From assembly GCA_963764165.1 (NCBI GenBank), contig CAVXRD010000002.1, forward strand, positions 1,184,001-1,248,000: a stretch of 64,000 bases of DNA. Reading direction: 5' to 3'. The notes beneath the pieces were generated by a model that was not told the origin of the DNA, did no database searches, and saw only the letters and a list, made by a program, of their open reading frames with translations. Positions 37,303 through 48,405 of this stretch are shown here, piece after piece (the first letter of the stretch is position 1; the number at the start of each line of letters is the position of its first letter). Source of the DNA: an uncultured Verrucomicrobiae bacterium (lineage in GTDB: Bacteria > Verrucomicrobiota > Verrucomicrobiia > Limisphaerales > Palsa-1400). The position numbers were made by a program, and so were the translations under genes.

Positions 37303-38226
37303 TTATTTTTCTTTTTTCACCGTGGATGCCTCAAAAACGCTCTGTATCGTTGCATTAAGCGAAGCATTGAACTCGGCATCGGATTGCTGGGCTGAGAGAC
37401 CTTCGACCAATGCACGTGAAAAGCTCGCCACGATGCCGCCGTTTCTGCGCAACCGCGCGTTTGCTTCATCCCGTGAATATCCTCCGGACAGCGCCAGAAC
37501 CCTGATGACACTGGGATGGCTGGCCAGCTCCGTGTAGAAATCATCTTTTTCCGGCAGCGTTAGCTTGAGAAGAACCTTTTGCCCCGCTGCCAGACCATTG
37601 AGCTTCTCGATCAGGCTCGATTTGAGCAATGCCTCGGCGCCAGCCTTATCGGGGCAATGGATGTCCACCTCTGGCTCCACGATCGGCACGAGGCCGGCGG
37701 CGCTGATTTGCGCGGCCACTTCGAACTGCTGGTTAACGATCGCTTTGACCCCTTCCGGATTGGATTGATAAATCACGGAGCGCATCTTGGTGCCGAAAAT
37801 GCGCGCGGCCTTGGCCTTTTTAAGCAGCGCTCCAAGCTCAGGCATGGGTTTCATCAGTTTCGCGCCGTTTTTCTCTTCGGCAAGGCCCTTGTCGATTTTC
37901 AAAAATGGAACGATGTGCTTGACGTTCCAGAGATAATCCGCCGTGGGCTGCCCCGCGATGTCCCTTTCCATGGTGCCCTCAAACAGAATGGCGCCGAGAA
38001 TCCGTTCGCCGGTGAAGCTCGGGCTCGTGATGATGCGAGCGCGCATTTTATGCACCAGTTCGAACATCTCATCATCGTTGGACCATGATCCCGCCTTGAT
38101 TCCATAGTCGGCGAGCGCTTTGGGCGTGCTGCCACCGCTTTGATCCAGCGCGGCGACAAAGCCGGGCTGCGATTTCATTTTTTGCGTTTGCTGTTGGATT
38201 AAATCTGTTTCGTTAAATGTATTCAT
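37303..38226 (-). CDS. Class I fructose-bisphosphate aldolase
   Basis: AALDQSGGSTPKAL, FGTKMRSVI, PIVEPEVDI, ALSGGY, SFSRAL. Confidence 0.95.
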   Translation of the reverse strand: MNTFNETDLIQQQTQKMKSQPGFVAALDQSGGSTPKALADYGIKAGSWSNDDEMFELVHKMRARIITSPSFTGERILGAILFEGTMERDIAGQPTADYLWNVKHIVPFLKIDKGLAEEKNGAKLMKPMPELGALLKKAKAARIFGTKMRSVIYQSNPEGVKAIVNQQFEVAAQISAAGLVPIVEPEVDIHCPDKAGAEALLKSSLIEKLNGLAAGQKVLLKLTLPEKDDFYTELASHPSVIRVLALSGGYSRDEANARLRRNGGIVASFSRALVEGLSAQQSDAEFNASLNATIQSVFEASTVKKEK

Positions 38227-38383
38227 ACTCGTTTCGTCTCGTCACCATGGACTGATTAACCGGCGCTGGCTCAGCATATCTTGCTGAGTCGGCCACGATT
38301 TTTGTCCTCCTTTTCAGGCTGCCGCATCCACCTCTATTGCCATGCGCGAAGCATCGCCGCAAACGCAAAATTTGCGCCTGCGG

Positions 38384-38482
38384 CGGCGCGGCCGTGTCGA
38401 AGACCGCCGCCGCGCGTTGCAATGCCAAGCGCGTCGGTCAATTCCATGTTGCTGCGGCTGGTCTTCGACACAACCGCGCTCC
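38384..38482. repeat. REP/MITE-like hairpin, family A copy 2 (diverged, inverted)
   Basis: GCGCGGCCGTGTCGAAGACC...GCTGCGGCTGGTCTTCGACACAACCGCGCTCC; flank to ~38523 also resembles 1010-1052. Confidence 0.8.
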
Positions 38483-38577
38483 AGCAGATAATTTGCGCGC
38501 ATCGCCCGCTTTTAATCGCACCGTCTCCATTTATGGCCATTGACAGAAGCACCAATTAGGCGTTTTTTGCCAAGGCC

Positions 38578-40113
38578 ATGAACAATATTGGACCGGCGCA
38601 TTTGAGCGCGGATCCGCCCCCCCGCAAGGCGGACCCGTGTGTGATGGTGATTTTCGGCGCCAGCGGCGACCTCACCAAACGCAAACTTATCCCGGCCCTT
38701 CTCAATCTGGCCACTTCCCGGCTCCTGCCAGAGCAGTTCGCCATCATCGGTTTTGCCAGCAACGAATTCACCACCGAATCCTTCCGCACCCAACTGACGG
38801 AGGACATCAAGGAATTCGCCAGTTGCCCGGTGACGCCGGAAATGTGGGATTGGTTTCTCAAGCGCATTTATTATATGCGCGGCGATTTCCAGGACCCGGC
38901 GGCCTACAAGGTTCTCAAGGAGCAAATCGCCGTCGTCGAGAAAACCCACAACGTTCCCAACAACCGATTTTATTACCTCGCCGTTGCGCCGCGCTTTTTT
39001 GGCGAAGTCATCCGGCAGCTCGGCAGCGCGGGGCTGGCGGAGGAAGCCAATGGACGCTGGGCGCGTGTGATTATCGAGAAACCTTTCGGGCGCGATCTGG
39101 ATTCCGCCCGGGCGCTGAATCGCGAAATCAAACAGATCCTCGAGGAGAAGCAAATTTACCGCATTGATCATTACCTCGGCAAGGAGACGGTGCAGAACAT
39201 CATTATTTTCCGATTCGGCAACGGCATTTTCGAGCCGATTTGGAACCGGCGCTACATTGACCATATTCAAATCACCGCCGCTGAGACCGTCGGAGTCGAA
39301 CGGCGTGGCGGTTATTACGAAACGGCAGGCGCGCTGCGGGACATGGTGCCAAATCATTTGTTCCAGCTCGTTTCATTGACGGCGATGGAGCCGCCGATTT
39401 CTTTTCACGCGGACGCCGTGCGCGACGAGCAGGCCAAGGCGCTTCACGCCATTCAGGTGCCGTCTCCCGAAGAGGTGCTATCGATGGCCGTTCGCGGGCA
39501 GTATGGCGAAGGCCACTCGGCGGACGAGCACATGATCGATTATCGCTCGGAATTAAACGTCGCCACGGATTCGACCACGGAGACTTACGCCTGCCTGAAA
39601 TTGAAGATCGACAACTGGCGCTGGGCGGACGTTCCGTTTTATTTGCGCACCGGCAAACGCATGGCCAGCCGCGCGACGGAAATTGCGATTCAATTCAAGC
39701 GGGCGCCGTTTCAATTATTCCGCGACACGCCGGTGGAGAATCTCGAGGCAAACCGCCTCGTGCTCCACATCCAGCCGGAGGAAGGGCTGTCGCTGCGGTT
39801 CGGCGCGAAAATCCCGGGTCCAATCATGCACATGGGCAGCGTCGAGATGAAGTTCAACTACGTCGATTATTTCGGGCGCACGCCGAGCACCGGTTACGAG
39901 CGCCTGATTTACGATTGCATGCTCGGCGACGCCACCTTGTTCCAGCGCGCCGACATGGTTGAGGCGGGTTGGAGTGTCATCACGCCGATTTTGGATGTCT
40001 GGAAGGCGCTTCCGCCCCGCACCTTTCCCAATTACGCCGCCGGCACCTGCGGCCCCAAGGAAGCTGACGACCTGCTGGCCCGCGACGGGCGTTCATGGAG
40101 GAAAATGGAATGA
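38578..40113 (+). CDS. zwf: Glucose-6-phosphate 1-dehydrogenase
   Basis: [20 protein letters not shown]. Confidence 0.98.
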   Translation: MNNIGPAHLSADPPPRKADPCVMVIFGASGDLTKRKLIPALLNLATSRLLPEQFAIIGFASNEFTTESFRTQLTEDIKEFASCPVTPEMWDWFLKRIYYMRGDFQDPAAYKVLKEQIAVVEKTHNVPNNRFYYLAVAPRFFGEVIRQLGSAGLAEEANGRWARVIIEKPFGRDLDSARALNREIKQILEEKQIYRIDHYLGKETVQNIIIFRFGNGIFEPIWNRRYIDHIQITAAETVGVERRGGYYETAGALRDMVPNHLFQLVSLTAMEPPISFHADAVRDEQAKALHAIQVPSPEEVLSMAVRGQYGEGHSADEHMIDYRSELNVATDSTTETYACLKLKIDNWRWADVPFYLRTGKRMASRATEIAIQFKRAPFQLFRDTPVENLEANRLVLHIQPEEGLSLRFGAKIPGPIMHMGSVEMKFNYVDYFGRTPSTGYERLIYDCMLGDATLFQRADMVEAGWSVITPILDVWKALPPRTFPNYAAGTCGPKEADDLLARDGRSWRKME

Positions 40114-40820
40114 GCGCGGCGAAGGGAAAATCCAAATCCGCCGCGAAGAAAGTCGTTTTTCTTTTTGACGTCGACAATACGCTGTTGAACAACGACCACG
40201 TCACCGCGGATCTCCACAAGCATCTCGAGGCGGAGGTTGGAATCGACGGAGCGCGGCAGTATTGGGCGCTGTTTGAAAAATTGCGCGAGCAGATGGGCTA
40301 CGCGGATTATTTGGGCGCGCTCCAAAGTTACCGGGTCAAATATCCGCACGATCTCCGCCTGCTGACCGTTTCGCATTATCTCATTGACTACCCCTTTGCC
40401 AACCGATTGTTCGCCGGCGCCTTGGACGCGGTGGAAAAAGCCAAGTCATGGGGGCGGACCGCGCTGCTGACAGACGGCGATGTTGTTTTCCAGCCGCGCA
40501 AAGTGGAACGCTCCGGCTTGCTGGAAGCGGTCGAGCATCATGTGCTGGTTTACGTTCACAAGGAGCACGAATTAGCCGATGTGGCCCAGCGTTACCCCGC
40601 CAAACATTATGTGGTGGTGGACGACAAGCTGCGCATTCTCACCGCGATCAAAAAAATCTGGAAGCAGCGCGTGACCACCGTCTTCGTCCGGCAAGGCCAT
40701 TATGCGACCGATCCAAAAATCGTCGGCGGACTGCCGCCCGCCGACGTGACGCTGGAGCGCATCAGCGATTTTCCTCTGTGCAATTTGCCGGATCTGCTGT
40801 CGGCGGCCAAATGCAGCTAG
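40110..40820 (+). CDS. HAD-superfamily hydrolase
   Basis: FDVDNTL, TDGD, VVVDD; ATGA overlap with zwf. Confidence 0.9.
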   Translation: MSAAKGKSKSAAKKVVFLFDVDNTLLNNDHVTADLHKHLEAEVGIDGARQYWALFEKLREQMGYADYLGALQSYRVKYPHDLRLLTVSHYLIDYPFANRLFAGALDAVEKAKSWGRTALLTDGDVVFQPRKVERSGLLEAVEHHVLVYVHKEHELADVAQRYPAKHYVVVDDKLRILTAIKKIWKQRVTTVFVRQGHYATDPKIVGGLPPADVTLERISDFPLCNLPDLLSAAKCS

Positions 40821-41059
40821 AATTATGCGTCAGTTAATCGGCACGAATTGAGACTTGGCCTGAATTCTGTGTTGTCAGAAAAAACGAGTGACATCGAAAA
40901 GAATATGGAGTCTGCTGAGCGCTGAGAAAACACAATCTTCTTTGTGTCCTTTGTGATCTTGCTGTAGAAATTTTTGTGCATCCACTGTTTAAAAAATGAA
41001 ACTATTGAACGATCCACTGGGCCTAATCCTCAATTTTCACGAACTGAAACTTACCGACG

Positions 41060-41144
41060 GCGTAGTGTGCATGGTTCTGGGCGGGGCCACCAGGGAAAGG
41101 CAAGAAGGTTGAACAACAAGGTCACAAAGGACACAAAGAAAAAA
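41060..41144 (+). repeat. Dispersed repeat family C, diverged copy (partial inverted arm at 40938-40965)
   Basis: GCATGGTTCT...GCAAGAA...CAAGGTCACAAAGGACACAAAGA. Confidence 0.6.
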
Positions 41145-41173
41145 CCAAGAAAGACACTAAGTACAACCTGACC

Positions 41174-43567
41174 ATGTCCAACTCCACCCAACCTTCGCCT
41201 GACAATCGGGTGGCCTTCGGCGCGCCGGGCATCGAGCCGCGGTGGACCTCCAGCGCCAAGGAAGGTTTCGGCACGGCGTATCACACGAGTTGCCGGCTGT
41301 GGTTCACCTTGAGCCACGGCATCGTCAACGAGATTTATTACCCATCGGTCGACCAGCCTAACACGCGCGATTTCCAATTCCTCATCACGGACGGCGAAAC
41401 GTTCTGCCATGAAGAAAAAATGGATCTCGACCACCAAATCGAATATCCCGAGAAGGCCTGTCTTTTCTATCGCCTGACCAATACCGACCGCCAGGGCCGC
41501 TATCGCCTGATCAAGCAGGTTTGCACCGACCCGCATCGCTCCGTGCTGCTGGTGCATACCAAGCTCGAAATAATGGACAAGTCGCTGAAAGACAAGCTGC
41601 GGCTGTATGCCTTGATGGCGCCGCACATTGATCGCTACGGCGCGGGAAATTCCGGCCGCTGCACAGAAATCACCGCCAGCACTTTTTTGCACGCCAGGCG
41701 CGGGTCCTGCCATTTGGTCATGGGCTGCACGACGCATTTCACCAGGCGGTCGGTCGGTTACGTGGGCGCGAGCGATGGCTGGCAGGATTTGCGGAATTTC
41801 AAAATGGATTGGGAATTCCGCTCGGCGGACAACGGCAATATTGCTTTGACAGGAGAAATCGATCCGCGGCGCGGGCACGAGTTTGTGGTGGCCATTGCGA
41901 TGGGGCAAAGTTACGAAAGCACCACCGCCAAATTATTGCAGTCGATGGCCGACCCTTTTGAGAAACACCGCGAAGGCTACGTCCGCCAGTGGAAACGCGC
42001 GGCTGTTGACGCGAAGCACGAATACGAATCCCAGACTGCCGACGGCGGGCGCACGTATCGCTTGAGCCGCTGCATTTTGCTTTCGCACGAAGACAAAGTT
42101 TTTCAGGGCGCGATCGTGGCCTCGATGTGCATCCCTTGGGGAGAGACGAAAGGTGACAACGACCTCGGCGGATACCATCTGGTTTGGACGCGCGACCTGG
42201 TGCAAAGCGCCACCGCGCTTCTGGCCAGCGGCCAGTCTGGAACACCCCAGCGCGCCCTGCTCTGGCTGGCGGTCATCCAGCGGCCGGACGGCAGCTTCCC
42301 GCAGAATAGCTGGATCAACGGGCGCATGTATTGGCCGGGTTTGCAATTGGACGAAATCGCCGCCCCGATGCTGCTGGCCTGGCGGCTTCGCCGCGAAGGA
42401 ATCGGCGGCGGCCAGTGCGATCTCCGCCCGATGCTTCATTCCGCCGCTCGCTACCTAATGCTGCAAGGGCCCGTGACGCACCAGGAACGCTGGGAGGAAA
42501 ACTCCGGCTTCTCGCCCTCCACGCTGGCTGGAGTCATCGCCGGTTTGGTCTGCGCGGCGGATTTTGCGGAGGGCGAAGCGATGGATTTCTTATTGACATA
42601 TGCCGACTGGCTCGCCGCGCACATCGAGGAATGGACGGTGACCACCGATGGCGATTTGGTGGATGGCCTGCCCGTGCATTACATCCGCATCAATCCCGTC
42701 GATATTCTCGCGCCCGATCCGCACGCGAATCCAAATTCAACACTGATCCAGGTGGCCAACGGCGGCGGGTTGCATCCGGCCCGGCAGGTTGTTGGAGGAG
42801 ATTTTCTGCAATTGGTGCGATTCGGAATTCGCGCGGCGGATAATCCAGTTGTGCTTTCGTCCGTCCAAGTAATTGACAAAGTCTTGCGAAAGGAGTTGCC
42901 GCAAGGCCCGTGCTGGCGGCGTTATAATTTTGACGGCTATGGCCAAAAGGCCGACGGCTCCGCGTTTGACGGAACCGGCGTCGGACGCGCATGGCCGATT
43001 CTCACGGGAGAACGCGGGCATTACGAGTTGGCCGCAGGACGCGATCCGCTGCCTTACATCAAGGCCATCGAGAACTTCGCCAACGACGGGCACATGATCA
43101 GCGAGCAGCTCTGGGACGAGCCTGACCTGCACGATGGCAAAATGAAATTGGGCCAGCCGACGGGCGCGGCCATGCCGCTCTGTTGGTCGCACGCTGAATA
43201 CATCACGCTCGTCCGCAGCCGGCACGACGGTGTTTGTTACGATCGCATCGACCCGGCCTACGAGCGGTATGTGGTCCATCCCGTCCCCAGTCGGCACGAC
43301 ATCTGGCTCCTAAAGCACCAAGTTCGGCGCATCGGCCAGGGAAAAATCCTGCGAATCATCCTCGCGGATGAAGCGACAATTATCTGGACAGCGGATGCCT
43401 GGGCGACGAAAAATTCCACCGAAATGACGTGGAACGAAACATTGCGCCTCTGGCATGCCGACTTGCCCACCAGCGCGTTGGGAGCGGGGTCGCGTGTGGA
43501 GTTCACGTTTTATCTGAAGGCCGACAAGCGTTGGGAAGGCCTGAATTGGCAGGTGACCGTTTCCTAG
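41174..43567 (+). CDS. GH15 glucoamylase/glucodextranase
   Basis: YHLVWTRD, QLDE, ERWEE, SEQLW, AMPLCWSHAEY. Confidence 0.95.
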   Translation: MSNSTQPSPDNRVAFGAPGIEPRWTSSAKEGFGTAYHTSCRLWFTLSHGIVNEIYYPSVDQPNTRDFQFLITDGETFCHEEKMDLDHQIEYPEKACLFYRLTNTDRQGRYRLIKQVCTDPHRSVLLVHTKLEIMDKSLKDKLRLYALMAPHIDRYGAGNSGRCTEITASTFLHARRGSCHLVMGCTTHFTRRSVGYVGASDGWQDLRNFKMDWEFRSADNGNIALTGEIDPRRGHEFVVAIAMGQSYESTTAKLLQSMADPFEKHREGYVRQWKRAAVDAKHEYESQTADGGRTYRLSRCILLSHEDKVFQGAIVASMCIPWGETKGDNDLGGYHLVWTRDLVQSATALLASGQSGTPQRALLWLAVIQRPDGSFPQNSWINGRMYWPGLQLDEIAAPMLLAWRLRREGIGGGQCDLRPMLHSAARYLMLQGPVTHQERWEENSGFSPSTLAGVIAGLVCAADFAEGEAMDFLLTYADWLAAHIEEWTVTTDGDLVDGLPVHYIRINPVDILAPDPHANPNSTLIQVANGGGLHPARQVVGGDFLQLVRFGIRAADNPVVLSSVQVIDKVLRKELPQGPCWRRYNFDGYGQKADGSAFDGTGVGRAWPILTGERGHYELAAGRDPLPYIKAIENFANDGHMISEQLWDEPDLHDGKMKLGQPTGAAMPLCWSHAEYITLVRSRHDGVCYDRIDPAYERYVVHPVPSRHDIWLLKHQVRRIGQGKILRIILADEATIIWTADAWATKNSTEMTWNETLRLWHADLPTSALGAGSRVEFTFYLKADKRWEGLNWQVTVS

Positions 43568-43576
43568 CAACCAAAT

Positions 43577-44596
43577 ATGAGCACGAAATTTAAAGCCTAC
43601 GCCGCGCTGTCGAAAGGCGCGAAACTGCAGCCGTTTGAATTCGACCCGGGCGCAATGCGGGACGACCAGGTGGAAATCAAGGTGACGCATTGCGGCATCT
43701 GCCATTCGGATCTCTCGATGCTTGACAACGATTGGGGCATGTCGAGCTATCCGTTTGTGCCGGGCCACGAAGCCGTTGGCGTCATCACGGAAATCGGTTC
43801 GCACGTCAAGAATTTGAAAGTCGGGCAAACGGTGGGTGTCGGCTGGTATGCCGGTTCCTGCACCTATTGCCCGCAATGTTTGAGCGGCAATCAGAATCTT
43901 TGCCCTGCCAGCGAAGCCACCATTGTCGGGCGGCACGGAGGGTTTGCCGACCGCCTCCGCTGCCAGGCGATCTGGGCGGTTCCGATTCCCGAGAAAGTCG
44001 CGGCGGAGAAGGCCGGCCCGCTCTTTTGCGGCGGCATCACCGTCTTCAATCCGATCGTTCAATTTGGTGTCAAACCTACGGATCGCGTCGGCGTGATCGG
44101 CATCGGCGGCCTTGGGCACATGGCGCTTCAATTTCTAAACAAATGGGGCTGCGAAGTTTACGCCTTCACCTCCAGCGATTCCAAACAGGCCGAAGCCGCC
44201 AGGCTCGGCGCGCACAAAGCGATCAACTCCAAGGACCCGGAGCAATTGAAGAAAATCAGCGGCTCGCTCGATTTTGTTTTGTCCACCGTCAACGTCGGAA
44301 TGGAATGGGGAGCGTATCTGCAAACGCTTTCGCCAAAAGGAAAATTGCATTTTGTCGGAGCGTCACTCGCGCCGCTCGGCGTTTCGCCGATGGAACTGAT
44401 CATGGGGCAGAAGTCGCTTTCCGGCTCTCCGCTCGGCAGCCCGGCCACCACCGCGCAAATGCTGGAATTCTGCGCTCGCCATTCCATCGCGCCGGTCACG
44501 GAAAGTTTTCCAATGTCCCAAGTCAACGAAGCCTTCGATCACCTGCGAGCGGGCAAAGCCCGTTACCGCATCGTGCTCAGCAACGACATCAAGTGA
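43577..44596 (+). CDS. Zn-dependent NADP(H) alcohol dehydrogenase / aldehyde reductase (Ahr-like)
   Basis: CGICHSD, GHE, CTYCPQC...C, GIGGLG, ARYRIVL. Confidence 0.94.
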   Translation: MSTKFKAYAALSKGAKLQPFEFDPGAMRDDQVEIKVTHCGICHSDLSMLDNDWGMSSYPFVPGHEAVGVITEIGSHVKNLKVGQTVGVGWYAGSCTYCPQCLSGNQNLCPASEATIVGRHGGFADRLRCQAIWAVPIPEKVAAEKAGPLFCGGITVFNPIVQFGVKPTDRVGVIGIGGLGHMALQFLNKWGCEVYAFTSSDSKQAEAARLGAHKAINSKDPEQLKKISGSLDFVLSTVNVGMEWGAYLQTLSPKGKLHFVGASLAPLGVSPMELIMGQKSLSGSPLGSPATTAQMLEFCARHSIAPVTESFPMSQVNEAFDHLRAGKARYRIVLSNDIK

Positions 44597-45267
44597 CAGA
44601 ATCATCCTCTCCAAAACGGATCGAGGGGATGACGCTTGCCTACCGTTGCGGCTGGACGGCATTTCGTTTCGTGTTTGAGAATTATTTTCAGTGGGACGCT
44701 TACAATCCGGAAAACGTCCCGCTCACCGGCCCGGTTATTCTCGCGCCGAACCACGCCAGCTACATGGATCCGCCGCTGGTGGGTTCGGGTGTGCATCGGC
44801 AGATTAGCTTTCTCGCGAAAGACACCATTTTCAAAGTCCCGATTCTGGCCTCGATTCTCCGCTCGTGGGAAGTCGTCCCGGTGGATCGCGACGGCGGGAC
44901 AGGCCGCGGCCTGAAGCAAATCCTCCAGCGCCTCGAGCAAGGCAAAGCGATCATCCTGTTCCCTGAAGGCACGCGCAGCCGCCACGGCGACCTGAATCCC
45001 GCCCGTTCAGGAATAGGTTTGACGGTGATGAAATCCGGCGCGCCCGTCGTGCCAGTGCGAGTCTTCCGGACGCATGTGGCGTTCGGCCCCCACCACATCC
45101 TTCCCCGTCCACGAAGAGTGGCCGTCAAATATGGCAAGCCTATGAACTTCGCCCAATTGCGCGCCGAAGCCGAAACGTGCAGCAAACAGCGCATCAAAGA
45201 AATCTACCAGGAAATTGCGGACGAAATCATGGCTGAGATCGCGAAGCTGGAACCACGGGCGGAATAA
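44593..45267 (+). CDS. PlsC-like lysophospholipid acyltransferase
   Basis: NHASYMD, FPEGTRS; start GTG 44593 or ATG 44629. Confidence 0.92.
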   Translation: MTESSSPKRIEGMTLAYRCGWTAFRFVFENYFQWDAYNPENVPLTGPVILAPNHASYMDPPLVGSGVHRQISFLAKDTIFKVPILASILRSWEVVPVDRDGGTGRGLKQILQRLEQGKAIILFPEGTRSRHGDLNPARSGIGLTVMKSGAPVVPVRVFRTHVAFGPHHILPRPRRVAVKYGKPMNFAQLRAEAETCSKQRIKEIYQEIADEIMAEIAKLEPRAE

Positions 45268-45334
45268 TCTCTCCAATTTCCAATCTTGCCTCGATATTAA
45301 ACACCGACGTAAAAACATGCCGCAACGCCCAGAA

Positions 45335-45423
45335 AGCGTGGCGCGCATGGTTCTTGTCGGGCCAGCCGGAAACCGCAAGAAAATGGAACAGCAAGCACAC
45401 CAAGGCCACGAAGAGGAAAAGGC
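45335..45423 (+). repeat. Dispersed repeat family C, 89 bp
   Basis: 78/89 identical by hand count to the reverse complement of 49652-49740. Confidence 0.85.
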
Positions 45424-45660
45424 CCGGCCAAGAGGTTCACACTTTTCCGCCCGCACGGCAAAAGAGGCCCATCGAACTCCGGCAAAATCTTTGCGCCTTG
45501 CTCGGGAAACCAGAAAAAGAGGCGGGATTAGAAGCCGCGGGTGGGCCCAAATTAGCGCAGATTGGAATTATTGGAGTCAACCTCAAACGGTCGAAACGGA
45601 CACAACTTGCATAGGCTTGGAATGCGAATTCCGTCCCCGAATCTGCCTTGACCTGCGTCC

Positions 45661-45770
45661 ATTTCCTGAATTTTAGATTCAATATTTCGCAAATACTCTC
45701 CAAAAATCGCGAAAAAAAACCTCTGGTGGGTTTTCTGTTTTCAAATCAATGTGCCAAAGTGCTTCCATGA
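45661..45770 (+). promoter_or_regulatory. Conserved ~110-bp non-coding element, copy 2
   Basis: Homologous to the reverse complement of 8681-8790; AAAACCT-CTGGT-GGGTTTT at 45716-45734. Confidence 0.75.
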
Positions 45771-46010
45771 CTATATACAATAGCTCGGAGAGGAATGGGC
45801 CGGTATCGAGGGCGGAAGGACGCGCTTCACGGGAGGCGCTTTGCGGTTGTGGTATCTGTTCGTATTGGCAGCCTCAGCCTTCATCGTCGGAATGGCATCC
45901 TCGCAGGCGGTTGCCATGACTCGGAATGCGCCTCGCCTGCTGTTGTTCGCCGCTGTCGCCAAGCCGTTTCCAAGCTATGGTCCGCCTCTGAATTTTCGAT
46001 CATTATGACG

Positions 46011-46070
46011 GCGACCGAGTATCACCTAATCGCAGCCAGTCGCACCAAATCGCACCAAATCGCACCTGCT
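46011..46070. repeat. 10-bp-period degenerate tandem repeat
   Basis: gcgaccgagt/atcacctaat/cgcagccagt/cgcaccaaat/cgcaccaaat/cgcacctgct. Confidence 0.8.
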
Positions 46071-46088
46071 TATTGAAAAATTGGAACA

Positions 46089-48401
46089 ATGGAATCCCCG
46101 AGGAAAACTGAGACGGCTCCCTGCAGACCGCGCGCCCTCACGCGGCGTTCCCAATTGCGCCGTGGCGGAAATGACACGGGACTGGCCGGCGAGACGCCAG
46201 CCAAAGCGACCGGGACGGGCGCGCTCCCAATCCAACGGAATCGCCCCGGCTTATCCAACCGGCGCCATATTTGGTTCCAGCTTCTGCTCGCGATTTTATG
46301 GTTGACGAGCGCGTCTGGCGCCGATTTGGCATTGCGCACGCAGGCCAGCGTCATGGTCGAAGTGACGCTGACCGCCGCGCGAAGTTATTACGATCCGTTC
46401 AACGAAGTGACTTTGGACGCCGTATTCACCGATCCGGCGGGGCGCGTGCTTCGCGTGCCCGCTTTCTGGGATGGCGGCCGGATTTGGAAGGTCCGCTACG
46501 CTTCGCCGCTGGCGGGCCTCCACACATTTCGCACGGAATGTTCTCAGCGTGAAGACAAAGGATTGCACGGGATTGCCGGGTCGGTTGAGGTTTCGCCCTA
46601 CACCGGCGAAAATCCTCTTTACACGCATGGGCCTTTGCGTGTGTCGTCCGATCATCGGCATCTCGAGCATCTGGACGGCCAGCCGTTCTTCTGGCTGGGC
46701 GACACATGGTGGATGGGGCTTTGCCATCGGCTGCATTGGCCGGAAGAATTTCAACAGTTGACAGCGGATCGCAAGGCCAAAGGGTTCAACGTCATTCAAA
46801 TCGTGGCCGGGCTGTACCCGGATATGTTTCCGTTCGATCCGCGCGGGGCGAACGAGTCCGGATTCCCGTGGGAAACCAATTTCAGCGGCATTCGCCCCGC
46901 GTATTTCGACGCGGCGGATCAGCGCCTCGGCTGGCTCGTCGACCAGGGCATTACGCCGTGCATCGTGGGCGCCTGGGGCTACTTCATGCCGTGGATGGGC
47001 GTGGAAAAAATGAAGGCGCACTGGCGCTATCTCATCGCGCGTTACGGCGCCTGGCCGGTCATGTGGTGCGCGGCGGGCGAGGCGAATCTGCCTTGGTATC
47101 TCGCCAACGGATTTCCTTACGACGACCGGCAGCAAGTTCACGACTGGACGACGGTGATGCGCTACATTCGGGCGACCGATCCCTGGCATCGCCTTCTGAC
47201 CATTCATCCCACCGGCATTGGCCCGCTGACGGCGCGGCATGCGACGGACGACGCGGGCTTGCTCGATTTCGACCTGCTGCAAACGCCACACGCGCGCCAG
47301 GAAGGCGTGCCCGCCACGGTCAATGCCGTGCGCGATTCCTTCGCCGCCACACCCGTCATGCCGATCATCGACGGCGAGGCCAGCTACGAAATGCTCGGCG
47401 ACAGCCTGCCGACGGAGTGGACGCGCCGGATGTTCTGGCTGTGCCTGATGAACGGCGCGGCCGGCCATACTTACGGCGCGAACGGCATCTGGCAGTGCAA
47501 TCGCCCTGGCCAACCGCACGGAAAATCCCCGCACGGCGGCAGCTACGGCGCGATCCCCTGGAACGAGGCCATGCGATTGCCTGGTTCGGAACAAGTTGGA
47601 TTTGGCAAAAAGCTTTTCGAGCAATTTGATTGGCAAAATTTTCGCCCTCATCCCGCGTGGGCTTGGTTCCGTGCATCGCCGCTGAAAGACGCCGCGTGGA
47701 TTTGGTATCCCGACGGCAACCCCGCTGTGGACGCCCCGGCGGAGACGCGCTTCTTTCGCAAATCATTCGATGTTCCGAACAGAGAACAAGTGGCGCGAGC
47801 CAGTCTGCGAATTTCGGCGGATGACGCGTTCATCGTTTTTCTCAACGGCGAAAAAATCGGGAATGGAGAAGATTGGCGCGCGCCCGGGCAATTCAACGAG
47901 GCGGCGCGGCTAATCAAAACGGGCGCCAATGAATTATCCGTCACTGCTGTCAACAAACCAGCATCCGGCGCGAATCCTGCCGGGCTGATTGCTTCGCTCG
48001 ACATTGAATTCACCGATGGCAGCGTGTTGCGATTCAAGTCCGATTCATCGTGGCTGTGCAGCAAATCTGAAAGCGCAGCCGCGTGGACGAATGCCCTCGT
48101 GGCCGCGAGCTACGGCCAGGGGCCATGGGGCGATATGGATGGAGCAAGCGACGCCGTCAACGGCCCGCAAGCGACAGGCCTCGCAGACGGGGCGCGGCTC
48201 ATTTACGCGCCGCGCGCAGAGCCGCTGGAATTGCGTGGCCTGGCTCCCGGCATGAATTACGCGGCGCGCTGGTTCGATCCCGTCACCGGCGCCACTAGGC
48301 CGATGGGAGAAATCCAAGGCGACGGCCTGGGGGTTGCGACCTGCCCGCCACCGGCGAACATGAACCACGATTGGGTGTTAATTTTGGAGGCTAAACACTG
48401 A
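46089..48401 (+). CDS. DUF5060 + DUF4038 (apiosidase/GH140-like) secreted glycoside hydrolase with extra beta-sandwich domain; start uncertain
   Basis: PAFWDGG..WKVRY, PFFWLGDTWW, RKAKGFNVIQ, GHTYGANGIW; insert AAWIW...FFRKSF...SADD...FLNG; WFDPVTG...DWVLIL. Confidence 0.82.
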   Translation: MESPRKTETAPCRPRALTRRSQLRRGGNDTGLAGETPAKATGTGALPIQRNRPGLSNRRHIWFQLLLAILWLTSASGADLALRTQASVMVEVTLTAARSYYDPFNEVTLDAVFTDPAGRVLRVPAFWDGGRIWKVRYASPLAGLHTFRTECSQREDKGLHGIAGSVEVSPYTGENPLYTHGPLRVSSDHRHLEHLDGQPFFWLGDTWWMGLCHRLHWPEEFQQLTADRKAKGFNVIQIVAGLYPDMFPFDPRGANESGFPWETNFSGIRPAYFDAADQRLGWLVDQGITPCIVGAWGYFMPWMGVEKMKAHWRYLIARYGAWPVMWCAAGEANLPWYLANGFPYDDRQQVHDWTTVMRYIRATDPWHRLLTIHPTGIGPLTARHATDDAGLLDFDLLQTPHARQEGVPATVNAVRDSFAATPVMPIIDGEASYEMLGDSLPTEWTRRMFWLCLMNGAAGHTYGANGIWQCNRPGQPHGKSPHGGSYGAIPWNEAMRLPGSEQVGFGKKLFEQFDWQNFRPHPAWAWFRASPLKDAAWIWYPDGNPAVDAPAETRFFRKSFDVPNREQVARASLRISADDAFIVFLNGEKIGNGEDWRAPGQFNEAARLIKTGANELSVTAVNKPASGANPAGLIASLDIEFTDGSVLRFKSDSSWLCSKSESAAAWTNALVAASYGQGPWGDMDGASDAVNGPQATGLADGARLIYAPRAEPLELRGLAPGMNYAARWFDPVTGATRPMGEIQGDGLGVATCPPPANMNHDWVLILEAKH

Positions 48402-48405
48402 CTGG

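Noticed and set aside
43732..45267. 511-aa ORF suggesting an extended acyltransferase
   Set aside because: The first ~290 codons overlap the alcohol dehydrogenase in another frame; the real gene starts near 44593
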